Made by a program: the position numbers and the translations under genes | The notes under the pieces: generated by a model | Told to the model about the DNA's origin: nothing | Seen by the model: only the letters and a program-made list of their open reading frames with translations | Database searches by the model: none | In this document: positions 60,929 through 64,000 of the stretch, piece by piece | Layout of the letters: every line of letters begins with the position of its first letter | How positions within the stretch are numbered: position 1 is the stretch's first letter | Source: Candidatus Cloacimonadales bacterium | GTDB lineage: Bacteria > Cloacimonadota > Cloacimonadia > Cloacimonadales > JAIOQZ01 | Assembly (NCBI GenBank): GCA_963674825.1 | Contig: OY771587.1 | Location: 160,001 to 224,000, forward strand | Length of the DNA: 64,000 nt | Reading direction: 5' to 3'

Positions 60929-62233
60929 ATGTATAACCCGGTTGAATTGATCATTCGCAAGCGCATGGGAGGCGAACTGACAGAAGACGAAATCCGCTGG
61001 TTCATCGGTGGATATCTGTCGGAAGAGATCCCGGAATACCAGATGTCAGCGCTGCTGATGGCAATCTTTTTCCAAAGCATGAAACCGGAAGAAGCCCGGA
61101 CGCTCACACGCGTCTATATTGAATCGGGTAAACGCATCTCCTTCCCGGAAGACTGGCATACAGTCGATAAACATTCAACCGGCGGCGTTGGCGATAAGAT
61201 CACTCTTCCCCTGGCGCCGCTGGTCGCTGCTTGCGGCGTAAAGATCCCCATGATCAGCGGTCGAGGTCTTGGCCACACTGGCGGAACTCTGGACAAGCTC
61301 GATTCCATCGCGGGTATGCGCACCGATTTCTCGGAAGCGGAGTTCAAGAAGATGGTCGAGGAAGTCGGATTCGCGATCATCAGCCAGTCGAAAGAACTGG
61401 TTCCCGCAGACCGACGCATTTACGCGCTGCGCGATGTCACCGGCACAGTTGAAAGCCTTCCGCTCATCACCGCCAGCATCATGAGCAAGAAAATCGCCGA
61501 AGGCGCGCAGAATCTGGTGATCGACCTCAAGGTCGGAACCGGCGCGTTCATCAAGACCATCGAGCAAGCCGAGGTGCTTGCCGAACTGATGATCTCGGTT
61601 GGCAACCAACTCGGACAAAAGATTTCGGTAGTGTTCACCGACATGAATTCACCCATCGGCTGGTATGCGGGTAATGCGCTGGAAATTCGCGAAACCATCG
61701 AATACCTCAAGGGCGAGCCTAACGAGGATGTCGATCTGATAACCAAGGCGCTTGCTGAGCAGATGCTTCTGCTTTGTGGTAAGGCCGAAACGCGCGAAGA
61801 AGCGCGCAAGCAGCTCGACGAAGTCCACCAGAACGGTAAAGCGCTGGAGAAATTCCGCGCGTTCATCCAGATTCAGGGTGGTGATCCCCGAATTTGCGAC
61901 GATGTTGATCTGCTCCCGCAAGCAAAGTATGAGATTCCCATCATTGCAGAAGCGACCGGATGGATCGAAGCAATCGACAGCCAGGCGATCGGCTACGCGC
62001 TGGTCGAACTGGGCGCCGGACGCAGAACGCTCGATTCGAAGCTCGATTACAGCACCGGAGCTTATCTTCCCAAGAAAATCGGCTGCGAAACCGATCAGGG
62101 CGACCCCATGGGCCTCGTATATGCCAACGACGAAGCGGCCGGAATCGAGGTCGCGAAGAAGATCGCGGCAGCCTATCGCATCAGCGAAACACAGATCGAA
62201 CCCAACAACCGCATTATCAAGATCCGGGATTGA
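60929..62233 (+). CDS. pdp: Pyrimidine-nucleoside/thymidine phosphorylase
   Basis: DKHSTGGVGDK, SGRGLGHTGGTLDKL, YALRDVT, SIMSKKIA. Confidence 0.93.
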   Translation: MYNPVELIIRKRMGGELTEDEIRWFIGGYLSEEIPEYQMSALLMAIFFQSMKPEEARTLTRVYIESGKRISFPEDWHTVDKHSTGGVGDKITLPLAPLVAACGVKIPMISGRGLGHTGGTLDKLDSIAGMRTDFSEAEFKKMVEEVGFAIISQSKELVPADRRIYALRDVTGTVESLPLITASIMSKKIAEGAQNLVIDLKVGTGAFIKTIEQAEVLAELMISVGNQLGQKISVVFTDMNSPIGWYAGNALEIRETIEYLKGEPNEDVDLITKALAEQMLLLCGKAETREEARKQLDEVHQNGKALEKFRAFIQIQGGDPRICDDVDLLPQAKYEIPIIAEATGWIEAIDSQAIGYALVELGAGRRTLDSKLDYSTGAYLPKKIGCETDQGDPMGLVYANDEAAGIEVAKKIAAAYRISETQIEPNNRIIKIRD

Positions 62234-62236
62234 TCC

Positions 62237-62824
62237 TTGAGACGGCTGATCCTTCTCGTCATCCTGCTCCTGTGCGTTACGCTCGGGGCCGAAATCAAAT
62301 TCATCCCCGGCTTTGAATTCGATATCCGCACCGCGCCGGTGGTCGATGTTATTCGCATTGAACACACGGACGGTCGCAAGGACGTACTGGAAGGGAACGG
62401 ATCGCTTGGATTCCTCTTCGAGCCCGGATTCCAACTCATGAAAGAGAGCTACGAGGCCAGGCTTTCATCCGGCATCGGATTCCTGCACAACAATCTCTTC
62501 AACAGCGTTTATTTCTCGCTGGAAGGCAGTGTGTATTTCGACACCGGCTCACACCTGATGGTAGGCCCGCATCTGGGTACGTTCTATCTACTGTCCGCCT
62601 GGGATGGAGACAAGACCAGCCAGGACGATATCTCCATGCAGATGAACAGCCCCGGCATTATCGTCGGCGTCAGCATCACATCGGCAGGATTCGGTGCACG
62701 CATGATCGGTTCGCTCGACTACGTCAGCGGAAAGATCGACCTGGATGGAAAGAACGGATGGGTTCCCGGCGACGACCAGATAGACTATCAGGGACTCTCG
62801 CTCCGGATGGGCCTGGGGTTCTGA
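62237..62824 (+). CDS. Small outer-membrane beta-barrel-like protein
   Basis: Signal peptide, terminal MGLGF. Confidence 0.65.
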   Translation: MRRLILLVILLLCVTLGAEIKFIPGFEFDIRTAPVVDVIRIEHTDGRKDVLEGNGSLGFLFEPGFQLMKESYEARLSSGIGFLHNNLFNSVYFSLEGSVYFDTGSHLMVGPHLGTFYLLSAWDGDKTSQDDISMQMNSPGIIVGVSITSAGFGARMIGSLDYVSGKIDLDGKNGWVPGDDQIDYQGLSLRMGLGF

Positions 62825-62912
62825 TTCGTTAGCACAGCGCCGGATAATCTTGACATTTCCTAATCAATAGCCATACTTTGCCATTATGCAACGTTTTAAC
62901 ATTGGGCGGCGC

Positions 62913-63539
62913 ATGAGGCAATTTGTACTGATCGTCATCATGGTTCTCATAGGAGCTTCTTCTTTGCTATCCATTTCCGGTGAGGTGCATCTCGGGCTCA
63001 AGCCTCTCTTTTATTCGCCGGAGAATAGCGACTTCGAAGTGAAGCAGAAAGAGGAATCGCACTCCATGTTCGACCTATCGGGATTTGACGTCGGACCGGA
63101 TTTCTCCGGACTCGGGATCATGTTCTACACAATGTACAGCATTACAGACACAACCTTCTATCTCAACGCCACCACTTCGATGGGCGGGTTCACCGCGCAG
63201 GATTACGGCGTATGGATGTGGGCAAACGAGCTCGCAGCGCTCTATTCACTCACCGATTCTGTTCAAGCGGGATTTGTCGCCGGAATCAGCATCAGTAGCG
63301 GGAGAGTCATGGGAGACAACCCGTCCAACCTCCAATTGAGTTCGCAAGATCCCGGGACTTACTTCGGCATCCGGTTCCAGATGAAATGGACACAGGCACG
63401 TGCGGAATTCAGCATCGTTCATCATCGCCTCGTGTTCGATTACACCATAGACGACGAGTGGTACGCGAATAAGGACGAGCTGGATCTCTCGGGAACTTGC
63501 GTAAGCTTCGGCGTATCCTTCCCTCTGTTCGGGCATTGA
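62913..63539 (+). CDS. Small outer-membrane beta-barrel-like protein
   Basis: Signal peptide; C-terminal W...D.LD.SG..V.FGV.F similar to the upstream gene. Confidence 0.6.
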   Translation: MRQFVLIVIMVLIGASSLLSISGEVHLGLKPLFYSPENSDFEVKQKEESHSMFDLSGFDVGPDFSGLGIMFYTMYSITDTTFYLNATTSMGGFTAQDYGVWMWANELAALYSLTDSVQAGFVAGISISSGRVMGDNPSNLQLSSQDPGTYFGIRFQMKWTQARAEFSIVHHRLVFDYTIDDEWYANKDELDLSGTCVSFGVSFPLFGH

Positions 63540-63678
63540 TAATGAAAGAAATGTCCGGTATTCGCATGACGCTGGCGATATCGTTCCGCTTATTCGGCAA
63601 ATAAAGTTAACTCACCATAATTCTTGACAAGATGTACGGCCCTATCGCCAATGCCGATATTATAAAACAGGAGTGCTT

Positions 63679-64000
63679 ATGAAGCGAAATCACCTATTTT
63701 TATTAATCCTGCTACTCGTCCCCATGTTCTGTTTCGCAGAAGTGGACTTTATTCTCGGAATCAAAGAATGCACCCTCATCAGTCCTGACATTGATGGTTT
63801 CAAAGTAGAATCCGGTTACTCGGGAAGCTATTATTCGTACGAAGAATCGGTGGAGATCGAAGGTGCGTCTTCGGTTGGTTTTATTCTCAACACAGGCCTT
63901 GGCATCGATACCGATGTATTGGCGATTCACCTTACCGGCGGCGCAGGTTATATGTTCAACGCCGCATTCGGCACCGGTGTATTCACCGGTGAGACGGATC
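63679..64000 (+). CDS. Probable third beta-barrel-like paralog (partial)
   Basis: Not in the ORF track. RBS AGGAG; MKRNHLFLLILLLVPMFCFAEVDFILGIK..., open to the window end. Confidence 0.65.
   Translation, partial: MKRNHLFLLILLLVPMFCFAEVDFILGIKECTLISPDIDGFKVESGYSGSYYSYEESVEIEGASSVGFILNTGLGIDTDVLAIHLTGGAGYMFNAAFGTGVFTGETD

Overview
Bacterial chromosomal window, mostly ~50-58% GC by eye with AT-rich patches. It probably comes from an anaerobic diderm of the FCB/Cloacimonadota type (inference from PFOR, LptD and several secreted proteins ending in a YPNPFNP...LLxK FlgD-Ig/T9SS-like tail). Housekeeping content: trxA, a TPP-riboswitch thi4-thiE-thiC-thiD operon, bcp, tmRNA, dnaX, two Hsp20 genes behind a CIRCE box, PFOR, lptD-like, tsaB and pdp. 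The most striking item is an isolated, apparently intact phage DNA-packaging triad (terminase small subunit, terminase large subunit, portal; 28055-31274). It has its own sigma70-type promoter, host-like composition and host REP repeats inside it, and no capsid, tail, integrase or other phage gene is visible in the window. Other oddities: a variable islet behind tmRNA with a frameshifted HEPN-motif gene; an uncharacterised DUF6754-like membrane operon; mosaic REP clusters; a palindrome inserted in frame into a gene; a ~560-bp near-identical tract between tandem FG-GAP paralogs, one of them frameshifted; and a decayed orphan secretion-tail remnant. All family calls come from motif recognition; no searches were run.
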